DNA of 64,000 bases from Bispira polyomma (taxonomy: Eukaryota). Positions 27,380-42,200 of the stretch are shown one piece after another. Under the pieces are notes generated by a model. It saw nothing but the letters and a program-made list of their open reading frames with translations, was not told the origin of the DNA and did no database searches. The DNA is taken from the NCBI GenBank assembly GCA_965649765.1, contig OZ287754.1, forward strand, positions 35,712,001 to 35,776,000, written 5' to 3'. The position numbers were made by a program, and so were the translations under genes. Numbering within the stretch: the first letter of the stretch is position 1; every line of letters begins with the position of its first letter.

Positions 27380-27790
27380 TAAAGCAAATTCGTGATTGGG
27401 GTGACGTGGAGGAGATATATATAGGGTAAGTAAGGATGAAAAGATGGACTTAAGGTTACTTATAAAGCCAGAGAGGGTTTCCTGGGATTGTATATTAGTT
27501 GATAAATTATTATATAGCAGAGACTTACAGTAGTCCAATCGACTGATGATGAGTGCATTTGCTGTCACTGTTTTTTGATTCTCCAGAGGTCGTGAATATG
27601 GAGGTAGCAAGATCAACTTATATTAGAGATATCATTGTTGAAGAAAAAGAGGGAGTTTAGAGTGATACCAAAATTCTTTACTTTATCGGCTGGGAATATA
27701 TTATTGCTGTGTAGGTTTAATAGGAAACAGTGATTTAAGTTTATCCCTGTGTTTTAGTGCCGATTAGTATCAATAAACAAATTTAATGCT
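27380..27790 (-). mobile_element. Degraded L2 fragment related to the element at 150-1280
   Basis: TANALIISRLDYCKSLLY and DKVKNFGI match the ORF at 34-861. Confidence 0.7.
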
Positions 27791-28119
27791 GAGAATGTGG
27801 CCTCTAGTACGGCTCACTTGTCATCATGATGACTTGAAATCAAACATGTCAAAGATATGGCCCTATAGTTTGTACCAGCTTTAAGAGTGCTGGATCAATT
27901 TTTCTAATCAAAGGTTACTATATACTATATTACTATAGGGTAGAAGGTTAGGCTAGGCTCTGCACAAGAGATACTTTGTCTGTCTATATAGGCCTTGTAT
28001 GGAAGAGTTGCTTTAGAACATCATGGATTAAGGTGCGATCTACGGTACAAGGAGAAACACATTGATTCAGAAGACATTCATTCGTCAATGGCTCCTATCT
28101 CCCGTGGCAGTCACGGCAT

Positions 28120-28350
28120 CTGTAATGTTAGATAACACTCTGGCCCCACCTCTGTAATGTTAGATAACACTCTGGTGTTAGATAACACTCTGGCCCCACC
28201 TCTGTAATGTTAGATAACACTCTGGTGTTAGATAACACTCTGACTCCACCTCTGTGGTGTTATATAACACTCTTGTCCCATCTCTGTGTTGTTAGATAAC
28301 ACTCTAGCCCACCTCTGTGGTATTAGATAACACTCTGATCTCAACTCTGC
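28120..28350. repeat. ~32-bp minisatellite (TGTTAGATAACACTCTGGCCCCACCTCTGTAA) with some truncated units
   Basis: About 8 copies of GTTAGATAACACTCT are visible. Confidence 0.9.
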
Positions 28351-29601
28351 AGTCCCAATTCAGTTGTAGTAATTGTCTTTACCAGTAACCTGTACGCCAT
28401 CGAACAATACACAGGTGTAAATACTTTAATCAATCATTGCTAGAAAAAAGAAGTGAGTACCAATGGAATATGTTTGCAATCAGACACTTTGTCAACCTAC
28501 TGTCTAGTGTTCTATTTTGTGTAGGAATACGTCTGATTCATTATGTATATCTTAAGCTTGTATCCTCGGGCCTTCCAGGGAATATATATTAATGTTAGCA
28601 GTGGAAATGAGGCCCCTGAGTAAGGGCCTTAATGGGTTTTACTCACGTACCTAGAGCTGAGACAAGCAGTGAATCATATAAACAGTGGCTGGTGTGAATG
28701 ATAGGGCAAACTAACAGCATGGCTTTTTTTTTATCAAAATTATATTTTTAATTAAGACGTAATGCCACATTAAGTGTATATGGAAAAGATCTCAAAGCAA
28801 GAGTTCCACTAAATTGTTATTTAAAAATTTCTCACATATAAATGAAATCCTTCCCAGAATTTTTCTGAGATTACCTTGAAGACATATGATTATCGGATCA
28901 TTCCAAGATACATTATTTATGGCTGTGTCCTATAATATTAAGCTTTTGGTACTAAACATAATACTGACCAACAAAATGATTTAATTTCAGTAGTTTTGAG
29001 AAAAACCCCATAATTATTGAATATTATTGCTTATTGCTGTTCATATAGACTCCATAGCTGATTTATGTAGAATTGAGTAGTTTTATTGTTACACAGAAAC
29101 GGTCTGGTGACCTTTTAAAGAAGCATTTTTCTCTCACAGTGATTTTTGAAAGGTAAATATGAGACCACTGTTACATTTCTATGATAGAATTCAAACCTCT
29201 ATTTTGCACTTCAGTTGTGTACATGTAACACTCTTATGTCGGGATTTGACAGCATTTATCTGAAAGAAGGTTCCAGTGGACTTGCTAAAGACAATTGGTT
29301 TGAAGTTTGAAAAATTTTACCAACTAGCCCAGACTAGTTTATCTTTTGATAAGCCGATTGTTGTGACATACTAAGCAGTTGGTGAAGGTGACGTTCAACT
29401 TTAAATAAATATAAATCTACCCTTTCAGACAGCTTATTACTCACCATTTTGGCAGTTCTGCAAGCCCATGTAGCATTCTAGATCTAGAGGTAGAACCCCA
29501 GGGATGTAGAGACATCCCGCTGTTTTGTGTATCATAGTTTTCGTTAAAATGTTTGAGATTAAATATGTTTCGCTATATTACACAGTATTATTTATTGCCT
29601 T

Positions 29602-30272
29602 TCACCACTTTAATGTGTACTGACAGGAATGGCTCATCACTTTGATGTGTACTGACAAGAATGGCTCACCACTTTAATGTGTACTGACAGGAATGGCTCA
29701 CCACTTTAATGTGTACTGACAGGAATGGCTCACCACTTTAATGTGTACTGACAGGAATTGCTCACCACTTTAATGTGTACTGACAGGAATGGCTCATCAC
29801 TTTAATGTGTACTGACAGGTATGGCTCACCACTTTAATGTGTACTGACAGGAATTGCTCACCACTTTAATGTGTACTAACAGGAATGGCTCACCACTTTA
29901 ATGTGTACTGACAGGTATGGCTCACCACTTTAATGTGTACTGACAGGAATTGCTCACCACTTTAATGTGTACTGACAGGAATTGCTCACCACTTTAATGT
30001 GCACTGACAGGAATGGCTCACCACTTTACTGTGTACTGACAGGTATTGCTCACCACTTTAATGTGTACTGACAGGAATGGCTTGCCACTTTAATGTGTAC
30101 TGACAGGAATGGCTCACCACTTTACAGTGTGCTTGACAGGAATGACTCACCACTTTATTGTGTACTGACAGGAATTGCTCACCACTTTAATGTGTACTGA
30201 CAGGAATGACTCACCACTTTATTGTGTACTGACAGGAGTTGCTCACCACTTTAATGTGTACTGACAGGAATG
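29602..30272. repeat. 32-bp minisatellite (CTCACCACTTTAATGTGTACTGACAGGAATGG), about 21 copies
   Basis: Head-to-tail, near-identical units with no unique spacers. Confidence 0.97.
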
Positions 30273-30446
30273 ACATACGTTAAATAATTATATTTATTTG
30301 CAGATAAGGAAACAAAAACTATTATTCTTACCTGTAATGATACTTTTTTCCTAATACCACAACTATAAGTAATTTATTCTAACACATCGCATGTAACTTT
30401 TACAACTGGTTGTTTTATACATGTATGTTTTCTAACATTGAATTTA

Positions 30447-30448
<2 letters not shown>

Positions 30449-30501
<53 letters not shown>
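30449..30501. repeat. (TA)n microsatellite
   Basis: Directly visible. Confidence 0.98.
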
Positions 30502-30504
<3 letters not shown>

Positions 30505-30864
30505 CATAGAATATTGTCTATCCTTCACATCATTAATTCCTATGGTACTAGTCATTTGGATGTAAAAGGGTTCGTTATTAAGCAATTTCAATAATATACA
30601 TATTTTACTATATTCTAATCAATAACTTTGGAGAAACAAAAGGAAGATATAAGCATATAGCTAATTTAAATACCAAGTTTATTTGTAAGTACATTAGTAT
30701 GTTTCTTATGGCCTTTGTATAATTTTCTTAATGTCATAACTTTAAATGTTATTTTCTTCAAATCTACCCCAGCAGCATATTTAATACTTTCAACACACTT
30801 GCTTGAAGCCATTTTCCTTGTTTTGATATCTGTAGCTATAGTAGTGTTCTATCTTGCACTCGTA

Positions 30865-31100
30865 CTATCCCTTAAATATCATATCTTTGACCAGTTTCTG
30901 AATATCTCCCATGTTGGCGTTGCCGTTGCCCACAGAAAGGCGCATTCTGCTATTGCTGGGGCCCGGGATTGGGGGTTTGTGGAGGCGGCGTCTGTTGCTG
31001 GGGGCAAAGACTTCCCCGCCCCGCGAGGGTGGGCTCATGTCTTTGTCCTGTAGGGTGGTGAGGGCAAAGTCTAAGTTATCAAAGCCCAGGATACCAGGTG
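30865..31100 (-). CDS. Terminal coding exon of a putative secreted peptide precursor
   Basis: GC-rich island preceded by a strong acceptor TTTTTTCCTCTCTTTCAG (phase 1). It encodes (T)PGILGFDNLDFALTTLQDKDMSPPSRGGEVFAPSNRRRLHKPPIPGPSNSRMRLSVGNGNANMGDIQKLVKDMIFKG*. The phase matches the donor at 53305. Confidence 0.65.
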
Positions 31101-31392
31101 CTGAAAGAGAGGAAAAAAGACACAATAATTACATACAACAAGAATACCAAGATACCAGGTGCTGAAAGAGAGGAAAAAAGACAATAATTACATACAACAA
31201 GATTACCAAGATACCAGGATCTGAAAGAGTGGAAAAAAGACACAACAATTAGGCCCAACAAGAATACCAAGAAACCAGGATCTGAAAGAGTGGAAAAAAG
31301 ACACAATAATTAGACCCAACAAGAATACCAAGAAACCAGGATCTGAAAGAGAGGAAAAAATACACAATAATTACATACAACAAGAATACCTT
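31090..31392. repeat. 59-61-bp tandem repeat (5 copies), each containing the splice acceptor of the adjacent exon
   Basis: CTGAAAGAG(A/T)GGAAAAAA occurs at 31101, 31162, 31221, 31282 and 31343. Confidence 0.92.
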
Positions 31393-34300
31393 GATACTAA
31401 GAAATTATGAGAACTAGTTTTGTGCCACTTGGAATAATGTCAGCACCTTTGTTCAGGTCTTATTTTTTATTAGATGTAATGCCGGAAGTAGTGTAGAATT
31501 CTATTATAATAATGTAATAAGATTATGCATTTTAACGAGAGCACAGAACATAATTAATTGACCTGCTAAATGCAGCTATTAGTAGTCTCCCAAAAATTAC
31601 TTAAAAAGGGATCAATAGGTATCCACTAAGTATCTTTAATTATAACATGACATATAATGCAAACTGTAATATTATTCATAACTTTCGTCAATAATAAGGA
31701 ACTATTTTCTTCATTTGGTGTACTCCAATCTTCATGCGTTGTTTGTTTCTTTCTAAGTGCTGATGGTAGAAAAATGGCCTAATTCTTAAAAAATGTAATT
31801 TATCATACCTTGCAGAGATGTGTAGGTAGTTACACATGGAATAAGTGACAGGACTACTCTATTATCTTTGTACCGGGGTGTGCTAATAAAATAGAACTGT
31901 ATTTACAACTTCTAATATTATTTATGTGCTGAAACAAAAATGGTAAGATTAATGCCCCTTGCCTTTAGTTTTGATCTGTATAGTACTTCTGTAATTATAT
32001 ACTTAAAGTATAAAGTCTGGTGTTTTCAATATGAAAGGAAATGAAAAAAACAAAGAAACAGAAATAGCAGTGAAGGATTAACTAAAAACCACGACGCACA
32101 AAATAATAGGTCAAATTCCAAGATGGTAATTAATTTTATATTTCATTTATATAATCCCCGATTTTAAAAGCTCAAAACTTAAGAGATGTGTGTTCCACTT
32201 CTAGTTTAAAAATAGATAGGTTTGAGTACAAATTAATATTAAAATATATAGATACAACCCGACGTCATTTTACATACTCTATACAAATATGCTACTATCT
32301 GATGTGTATGTGGATAAATAACCATGTTGTTGTTTATAATAAATTCAATCATATGTATAGCTACAAAACTTGAAATATTTAGAATCTGCTAATCTAAATG
32401 TTTTAACAATTACACAGTCATCCCAAGTAGAAGGGTGTCATGTAGATATATAATCCTCTTTGCAGCAAAAACAACTTTTTTTCTGACAATTATTAAGCTG
32501 TTATTTTATCACACCTTGCCAAAAGTTTTCTGTTTTAGAAGCTTTTATTATTCCCCTAGTTGTTCCTTGTTTTTGATACTATATCCTTTATGCTGGCAAC
32601 ATCACTACGGACTTCAGAAGGGTGTGTTTGATAGTACGGGCGTGTATTAGAAGGTACGTAGAATCAGACATCAGGCCACTATGGTGTGCCTCAACATTTC
32701 ATGTGATATGAACTGCCAGTGAGAAACTCGATACTAAATATAAACTAAATGGACCACAATGAGAGGCCAGCTTATTACACATTTTGACTGAATAATTTCA
32801 TGTTGTAAAAATTATACAAAATATAATGGTAAAGTCTTTTTACTTCTTAGTGCTTTACACGCAAAAAGTTACGCATTGCCACATATTGGGGTTTAACTTT
32901 TAAGACATTTAATGTTTTAAGTTTCACGTTTAGAATGACTTTATATAATGCTTTGCAACTTTTCCAATAAAAAACGCTATCCCTTTGATAAGATGTTGAT
33001 CGGGGTTCTTAAAGAATCCTAGTCTAATTTCATTGCACAGATATTACTATGATTTGTAAGAAGTCGGTTCATTAACTTTACAATAGCCTCACTATTAATC
33101 TCACAAATTGAACCTGTCAGAGTCATTATTGCTGCATGTCATTTTATCTTTAGCTTACTCAATCAGATTGACAGATAGTGTGCGATGACACTCTCTATTG
33201 ATGTCAAACTGTGTATAAAACCAATACTTACTTTGTGACAGTCAGTCAGTTTCTTTGATGTGATAACCACACTGCCAGACAGTGGATTGCAAACAGTCAT
33301 TTGCATAAGCCAGCTCTTATCGCCTACCTAATTGTCTGTAAGTAAAAAGCCAGTGACTTTTGTCATAGTGATGTCATAACTCACTCCCACATCAAGTCAC
33401 TGCCTGCTGATTATTACTTCAATGGTTACTTGTACAAAAACTCTAGGCGTATCTATCGTTCTATGCAATACTACAATGAGTGAGTACATTGATGTAGGTG
33501 ATTCTTTTAATGGTATTTTGGTGATACCTACATTCTGTGACTTTGTGGTTACTCCCTACATAAGCACAGTCCCCAATCATCAGGCACCTAAAATTAAGGT
33601 GGCCGTGACCTTGCCTAATAAGCCTTGTTCAGTTCACTGGGGTTTTCACCTACTCTAGTGTCTATTCGTTTGTTTTTTTAAAGCAGAGGACAAAATCCAT
33701 TATTAATACGGAAAAATATTAAGAGATATATATCAAGCTTGTGCAAACTTGTTCTACAAAATTTGCTTGATAAGCAACCCCTTTCTAAGTTACACACAAT
33801 ATGCCATACCTTCATTTAACCTACGCTTCCATGCATCAGATATATGTCAGTCGACATCTGCCGATTCCGTTTATCTCAATAATTACAGTGTAATACTCCT
33901 GTCTAACTCGATCGTAGCCCCTGACCATTATGATTATGCAATCGGAGAATACTTGGATATGTTGAGTAGGTTGTCTTTGATATTCAGGCCACTCAGGGTC
34001 CTTTGGCGAGATGCAAGTAGGTGCTCATGGACCAATAAGTCATGTTAGGACAGTTTATTTTTCCATCCAACGACTTATTTTTTCAAATGGCCCCTCCCAG
34101 GACCCAAATCGCTAGAAAACACATCTATCCACATTCCAGCTTATCTTTCCATCCCTAACGATAGGTCGGGTTCGTACCAACTTATAGTCGCGCATCCCCA
34201 AATTATCAAGTCGTGTGCCAATAAAAGGTTGTTAGAAAGGATAACTCGGGCTCTCCAAAAGATAGGTCGGTAGAACCCCCTCCCCCCCCCGCCGATTAAA

Positions 34301-34467
34301 AAGATATGCGGAGTATTTAAGGGTGGACTGTGACAGTCGTCTTTATCACAATCAGTTCCACCTTTCAGAGAGTACACATCTATTCTCAAAAAGAAATATT
34401 TTACTGATACAGTGTCTTTATTTATTCTTTTAAATAAACTATTAAAATGCCACCAAAAATCAAAGAA

Positions 34468-35130
34468 AATGAGGATAGAGACAGTTGTCACAGCTGGGTT
34501 TGCTTGAAATAAGGACCATTAGTGACAAATGACCAGGAGGAGGCCGTGGTGGATTTCCTCAAGGATCATGAGTGGCTGTATAACAAAGCATGCATTGTGT
34601 AAGGACTCACAAAAGAAGGACATTGTTTGGCAAGATTCCTGTTGTGCAAGGGGATTGGACGCAGATGAGGTCAAGAAGTGGTCCCAGTCACAGAGGCCAA
34701 TTTACGGCAAATCGAGTCAATACAAGTCTGGCCAAGCCCCTCCTGATATGTCTGACCGCCAGAAGTGAAAGGGGCATTTAACTTTCTGGGGCCGCAAATG
34801 ATCCGTCATGCCAACAAGGCCACTGGGTTCAAGCCAATATCATCTGCATCCACAGAAGCCGCACCAGCAGCTTCATCAACACCACTAGCTGGATCCAGTC
34901 AAACACCGACCAATGTGGAAATGGAATCTTCAATAAACACATTGCTTCTCCTGGCAGACTCTCCAAGCAGTCTTCCAAATATGGGGGCTTGACCCCTACC
35001 CCAGAAACTGAACTTTTTAACGAGATGAGAGAGAGAATGGATCGGATGGAGGATAGTCTCACAGGGTTTTTGAAGGAGGCCACCAAGACGAAGATAGAGG
35101 TGCTTTCCTGAACTGACTGACTCTTGAAGC
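34468..35130 (+). pseudogene. Harbinger Myb/SANT-like (MADF) DNA-binding protein, disrupted
   Basis: DQEEAVVDFLKDHEWLYNK / KDSQKKDIVW / DEVKKWSQSQRPIYGK / KSGQAP..DRQK*..FNFL, read across frameshifts. Confidence 0.75.
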
Positions 35131-36200
35131 GGAGTGTATGAGTATCTCTCTCTGTTCTTTGGCTGCCCTGCTAGGATTTCTATTGACAAGTGGGTTATTA
35201 TCTCCTGCTAGTGCTTCCAGTGGGATGGATAGGTCGTCTTTTGGATTTTGGTACTGTATCCCCTGGTTTATAGCAGCGGTTCTCATCATGTTGTGTTGGA
35301 CGACATTGGCTAGGGTTACGGTGGCTACCACTAGTGGTTCTTCCTGCATGGTAGTTATTAGAACCCTGAACCTCTGTACTAGGATCCTAAAGGAATTCTC
35401 TACTAACCTTCTCCCCTGGGAAATCCTGTAGTTGTAAATCCTCTCATTCGGGTCCATCCCTGGTCTGAAGAAGGGGGTTAATGCTTTATGGCTTAAGGAG
35501 GGAGGAAGTTGATGAACTGGGGGAAGTTGATGGACTAATCCTTTAGTTTATCCTTCAGTTCTGAATATCTGAGAATCTGAGTTGGACCCACTAGATCCCA
35601 TGTCGACCCACAGGAACCTGGACTCTGCATCCACCATGGCTAACATCAATATGGAGTGGAAGCCCTTGTAGTTTAAATATGCAGTGCCCCTTTTTCTTGG
35701 ACATCGAATGCCAATATGTTTCCCATCTATAGCCCCCAGGGCATTTGTTACATCTCATGTCACTTAAGTGGGACAGAAATTCTTCTTGGAACTCATCTAT
35801 GATGGCCTGGCAAACCTGTGGCACAAACTTGGTGATGGTTGACCCGTCTACTACAAAAGAGTACTGCAGTGATGTGTATGACTTCCCAGTCGCCAAATGT
35901 CTCTATTGCCAAATAGCTAGCTTGAGTACAGGGGACCGTGGTTTCCTGAACCATATGGTCTGGCTCTGTATCCTGTGCCCCACCCTCTTCTCCATTTCCT
36001 GAAAAAATTCTGGGGTTATCTTCAGAAAATTCCCTGTAAGACTGGAGATCTTGCACATCCATGTGTGGCAGAAGTTGTGTGTAGTAACCATGTTCTTCCC
36101 TTCTCTAAAGCCATGGCCTGACCCAGAATCTACGTCTTGCTCTTCTTCTTTTACCCACCTTCTCTTGAACATCTGGATTCTCTGCCTCTTGGAGACTTCT
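35100..36200 (-). pseudogene. Harbinger DDE transposase (HARBI1-like), disrupted
   Basis: Motifs ATGKSYTSLQYSF, TITKFVPQVCQAI, GAIDGKHI, NYKGFHSI and ERIYNYRISQGRRLVENSF. Confidence 0.88.
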
Positions 36201-39200
36201 TTTTATTCCTTCAATGTCCATAATAGCTATTAATTGTAATTGCATGTGGGTAACTAAACCTTGGGAGACCTCTTGTAATATTTATTATTCTATGGGGAAC
36301 CATCGCTTTGACTAGACTAAACAATAAAAATTAACTGGATAACTGGTTACAAGCAATAGGTTGGCGTGTGGTTGGGACTTTTTTGGGGAGGTTGGGGTCA
36401 TACATTGTTGGTTGTTACGACCAGTACAATCGATTAATTGCAATGAAAAAAATCAATTGGGCCTTGTGTACGACTTATGCACTACGACTATAATCGGGTG
36501 ACGTACATTTTTGTGAGTTCTTTGACACAGATCAGGGCACAATGGGATAACATAGCTACAAATGACCACGATCAAATTATTAGGGCCTCATCCCAATTGG
36601 TCGGCTAAGTGGAACAGTACCATCAGCACTTGCATGTGTCAGATAAAATCAAATGTCGTCAGAAATTTTAGGGGAACGAAAAAGTCAGCAAATCAGGTCG
36701 CTTGTTGTGTGTTCTGTCTCTAAAATGTGATTCCAAAATGTCACCCAGAAACATATTTTGCATTGGTTGTATGGAAGCATAACTCTACCGATGTCTGACA
36801 AAATACTCATCCATCAAATTGACTGAGGTCAGGATGGGCGAGGTGGAAGTGTAGGCTAAGTAAAGTTTACTTTTTAAATAATACCCTGGATCTTTTGTGA
36901 TGTTGTTTTTTTAGGCCAGTGATCTTTAACACTTTCTGGTTAGTTGTATTTGTTTTGGTTTATTCCTTCTAGCTTTCACTCAATACAAGATAATCCCAAC
37001 AGAAAATCGATGGGGTGAGTGTTGCGTAACCCAAGATTGTTGTCTTTATAGAAATGTGCACTTTCAATAGCGGTACTTTGGACTTATTAAGATATGCCTA
37101 CTTTGAACCTTCTCCATGATTTCTTATTGTGAATATTTTTACAATAAAATTTATATATTAAAAGACTATATATTTTATATATTTTGCAGTTATTGTCGCA
37201 GTAACTAGTATAAAACATATACTGATGACTGCCATAATAATTGATGTAATTGCACTGCTAACACCTCTCTTCTCGTTTTCTGTCCAGGTGATGCTTTACT
37301 GTTAGTAAAAGTTCACTAATTATAATAAATGACCAAAACACACCTGTAACAGGGCAAAGTAATAAGTAGTTGTGTGACAAGTTATGGCAGTTGTCTGATT
37401 AACTTATTGCCAGTAATATAACACTGTTAAAACATGTTATCAAACAATAAGGCATCCAAGCATATTGCAGCAATTAATTACATAGAAACCGGATGATTTG
37501 GATCCTATTTGTTATTCAAATAAAGATATATGCTAAATATGATTTCACTGATATGTTATTTTTTATCTTTTCAGTGTCATTAAATTACACCTGGTTATAG
37601 TTTACGTAGGAATACCATACAGAAAATAAGAAAGATCAAATTATTACAAATTTAGTTTAAAGAACTTTATAACATAAAGACAATTTGATATAAATACACA
37701 TATCAATTTCACATTAAAACTATATATGAAATATAAAACTGTCTGATGTGCATATAGATAAGAAACCAAATTCTGTCATTTGAACATTGGTACAGCCTAA
37801 AACTAATGACAGTGCATCTTATAATGTCCCTCCGATGTAGGATATTGTTACAGATGTTATCCCCCAATAACCATATTGCATTCCCCAAACCAGGGACCGT
37901 CAGAACTTAAGTCAACTAAATCACAAGAGACGATTGTTGTAAAAATTGAGTTAGCTTTTACTTTGATCTGATACCTGTGAAATGAAATCTTTTAGTACTT
38001 TTTTAAAATTTTTTTGGAAATAACAACAGTTGTGCCATACAAAATTGCTGAGAATTCCAGTCTGAATTGCAGACATATCTTAAGTTGCTGAAAACAGCTG
38101 AGAAAATCTAGGCATTCAGCTTGAACAAGTTGCTGAAGTCATTTCAATCTCGGTGACTCACTACCAATAGTAACACCCATCTCACAACTACTGTTTAGCA
38201 GGGAAGGCTAAAATAAAAGATTACTCATTTTCTAAGGAATTCCCTTTTAAAATAATTCCCCACGTTTGCCCATTTTTACCTTTGCCGGTGATGTTTTCTC
38301 TGCTTGTTATAATGTTTGTTATAATGTTTATTCAAATCTCTGATCAAACAGTAAGTAACATGGTAACTTTGATCTCAATTTAGCCCGGTGTTCTTATTTG
38401 TACATAAATGAGCCATCACCATGAGTACATAATCAGATAGAGTGTGGAAACGTTATTATTGTTATTACAGGCTACCTCTCTATAACTAGTCATACAGGAT
38501 ATAAGAAACACCAAGTGCAGCAACCCAATACTCAAAGAGTACATGAACTTGCAGAATATGACCGAACCAATTTAATCTTATAACCATTTGCTTTACAACT
38601 TCCTTCGGGTTGGTTGTTCGAACATTTTAGAACTTTCTTCCCTGAATATGTCAGTAATTCTGTCTCTGCACATCACCAAGAAGGTGCCGCAGCCCTTTAC
38701 CACATCTAGATAAGTCCAATCCGTTCGCACCCCACACAGCTTTGTTATGGCACCTAATTATGACTAGTGACACCTTTACTTTTACGGTACATAATATTCT
38801 CTTGTGAAAATATACTCTGCTGAATGTCAAGTAATAATATGCATGTACTGTTTTGTGGGGATGACTGGTTAATCACACCACTTAGGATATATCATAAATA
38901 TATTATCACACTCCATTTCAATTAAACATCAATGTATTTTGAAAGGACACATTTCCTTTTTTAATTGATGACGTTATGAAACTTGTAGTAAAAATTAACG
39001 AGACAACTATTGTCATGAGATAATAACATTTCACTGTGAGAGCAATGACTTATATTATGTGAAATTAAACAGAGGCCAAAAGTGTTAACAAAAATAAATA
39101 TGAAGGAATGTGATCTGTTGAAAGCAGCAGCAACAAATGCTGATAATGTTTGTGATATTTCTTCACGCTACCACACTTTAACCACGCATAATTACACAGT

Positions 39201-42200
39201 GGCATTGTCTCCAAATGGCTGTCACACACTTATTAGCGTCTACATAAAACAGGGTCAGGCATAAAACAGTGGCACACATTAAACTGTAACTCAAGCTCAA
39301 ACAAGTTTGGTTGTTTTTTGTGGAAAGTTGCTTTCATGGGCAAAAAAAAAATTGCAAGAATGGAAAATAATTTATTTAAGGAGCCTTCAATGCTAAAATT
39401 TCAGTCAGCAGCACAGAATATAGATACTTTGCATCTACTATCCAGATTAACATTTGGATGTAGCTTGAGATTCAGACTGGGTGCTAGTAGTGTTCACAGA
39501 ATGCTGTGTAAACTGTATTCCAAATGCAGTTAAGCTGAAAGATATGTAAGCAAGATAAACTAAGTCACACTGGAAAAGCTTTTGCTATCTCCCTCTTATT
39601 ATTTTACTATACACAAAAATATGTGTTGATTTTAAATTTTTGCCATGTCCTGTAGGAAATTGGTCAGAGTGGTGAGATGGGTGAAGACATTATCGTTTTG
39701 TATTGCTTTTTTGTATTTGTGAGGTTTTTTTCTTGTTGGCTCGTGATGAGCATATTACCCCCCTAGCTTATATCATACGGGCAATACGGTATACTTCCTA
39801 ACCAACTGGTAAGTGATGTGGGCTAAGCAGTCTGTCACACACATATACATGTATTCCAGTCAGATAGCACCAGAGGCATATAATGTCATTAAAGCCAGTA
39901 GTCTTGTGCTCAGGATTGTTGTCATTGTAGACGAGAAGGACATGTAGAAAGGTATACAAAATGACCCCATAGTGCCTGCAGTTTTTTTAAGGGGAAGCTT
40001 TGTTTCGTTATTTGTTTGCCCTATTCAACAACTCATTGGAATATACATCAGCATGATAATATTCCCATAGGACTTAATCTTCAATATTTTATACATGTCA
40101 AATCATCATGTCTAATATTCTCTGCTACTAAAACCCCCTCTGCTTTTATTGAACATTAAATACCTAAACGTAGCATTATTTCACCCATGAGTTAGTTACC
40201 CGGCAAAAACACTAAAATAAATGATCTTTTGCTCTTTGGGTCAGAATGATCAAAATGCTGTAAATAGTATATTGCTGTTTAAATATCTAAAACTGCAGGA
40301 GCTTGATGTCAAGTTATGACCTTGGAATTTATGTTTCCACTTGTGTCCACTGGATTACGTGAATTTAGTGCAGGGACAGGACATGGACCGAGAAATAGAC
40401 TATTACATTTTAAAGTAGATCTGCGTACTATGTACTATGTACCAACCTCAAAACAATTGTGCCACGTGGAGCCTAGCAATCCTCCAAGTTTCTGTACAGT
40501 GTGTGGTTAAATGAGGGCTATTTAATTAGTGGACATTGTGTGTATACATGTATATATATCTGCTGTGAGATTTTAAATAACATGATTGCCGTTCTATCGT
40601 GGGGTCTGGGATGAAATGTCCATGTATGTTGTCGATCAAACACATTTCGGTGGCTAGATATGCTCCATCTGATCCAATGGGTGCCACATTGTACACACAC
40701 TTTCAGCTATGATTTGCATGTACCACATGATATTGCATCCTTTTAACATTTCAGGTAAAACTTTATTTTCATTTAAGGGAAAAAAATCCAATGCCTTTGC
40801 CTCGACTCTGAGAAAATATTTACAGATCTGGCCACTGGGCTAAGGAAGTGCTTTGTTAATACACTGAGCGCCTCTCAGGTAGACATGTCTAATATTTCTA
40901 TTAACATCCAGTTTATCAGTAATGAATGCATGTGTATTGGGGTATTGTGTATTTGAGCCATTCCTTGTAATACTAGATGTTATGTGGGCAAACAACAACC
41001 CCTTCTAACGTCAGTAACCTACCCTATTGACACATGTAGCCAAGCCTTAGCATTGTAAAACTACTTTTGTGCACTACAGTAGTGTTTTCTCCAATTTGCT
41101 AAGGGTTCTGTGCCTGAAGCATTGTTTAAACCTTTCAGTTTTAAAGGAAACTTGGATTTTTGTTTATCAATTTGAGTAATGGTAGAAGGACACTTACGTT
41201 CAGTATTTGTGTTGTGCATTTATTTGCAGATAACAGAGAAAGAGATGCAGTTTGATCAAACCTACTGTTTCAAAAATAAAATATATTAAGTGGAGCATAA
41301 AGGCTTTTTTCAGCATTCTTTGTGCACTTTCTACAATTATCTGTAACTTTCTTAGGTTGATACAAGTGTCATAATAACTTTTTTGTATGTTTGGTCATTG
41401 TTGAAACTCGCCAAATTCAGTGGCAAGAAAATGTCCTTCTGGGTTCACAAGTAGTATCATTATTGCAGCTTATTCTTCTATTTAAACTGAAAACGTTTGA
41501 AGTATTTAGGAGATGATTTGATTTCATGAGTAAAACATATACAACGTTATAGAGCACCCCTGCAATAGTTAACATAAGACAAGTACAGGGTACCGCCGTT
41601 AAAAAGTTAGCTATTTTGTCACCGTCACAAAAATTGCACACAAACGACTAAACAAATTTGTAATGACATTTGACTGAGGGGTGGGGCTTGTTTCAAGTAA
41701 AATCCATTCCATTTTGGAGAAGATCCTGCCAGAAGAGTCAATCCAGATTTTTCCCTCTTTTTAACACTGTACTAATCTTCCGATCATCCGTTCACATATG
41801 CTAAGTAAAACATCAGGAAATAGGAGATCGTGTTTACCCGGCTTATTAGAGATCAAAAGCCTAATTAACCATAAAACTAGTAATTAAAAACCGCCAAAGG
41901 GCTATGTACTACACATAAAACAGTCTGTTATAACCTGATCCAAGTGTGATGTGATTCTTATGGTAACATGATATTGCCCACACTGGCCTATTAATTAGAC
42001 CTTTCTAATAAGTTGATCAAATGGAATATACTATTACAGTAGCAGGAGGTCTTATTATACAAACTAGAACGTCACCCAGTAGGGTGCATACTTCCGCCTA
42101 GATTGTACATCCTCTAAAAAGGGAATCAAAAGCCTAGATGTCTAGCATATCAGGCTAAGCTTTAAAATCACAATTTAACACTACTAAAACTAATTGATGC

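Larger units (their letters stand above)
33916..36607. mobile_element. Decayed PIF/Harbinger DNA transposon (convergent Myb/MADF gene and DDE transposase); ends approximate
   Basis: Two convergent pseudo-ORFs typical of Harbinger. The weak terminal match is TAGCCCCTGACCA versus TGGTCGGCTA. Confidence 0.8.

Noticed and set aside
29602-30272. CRISPR-like array of 32-bp repeats
   Set aside because: The units are contiguous with no unique spacers, there are no cas genes and the context is eukaryotic. It is a minisatellite.
31809-41265. Extra internal exons of the peptide-precursor gene (e.g. 31809-31882, ending 37976, 41199-41262)
   Set aside because: Splice-like signals exist, but phases or stops are incompatible with the phase-1/phase-1 join.
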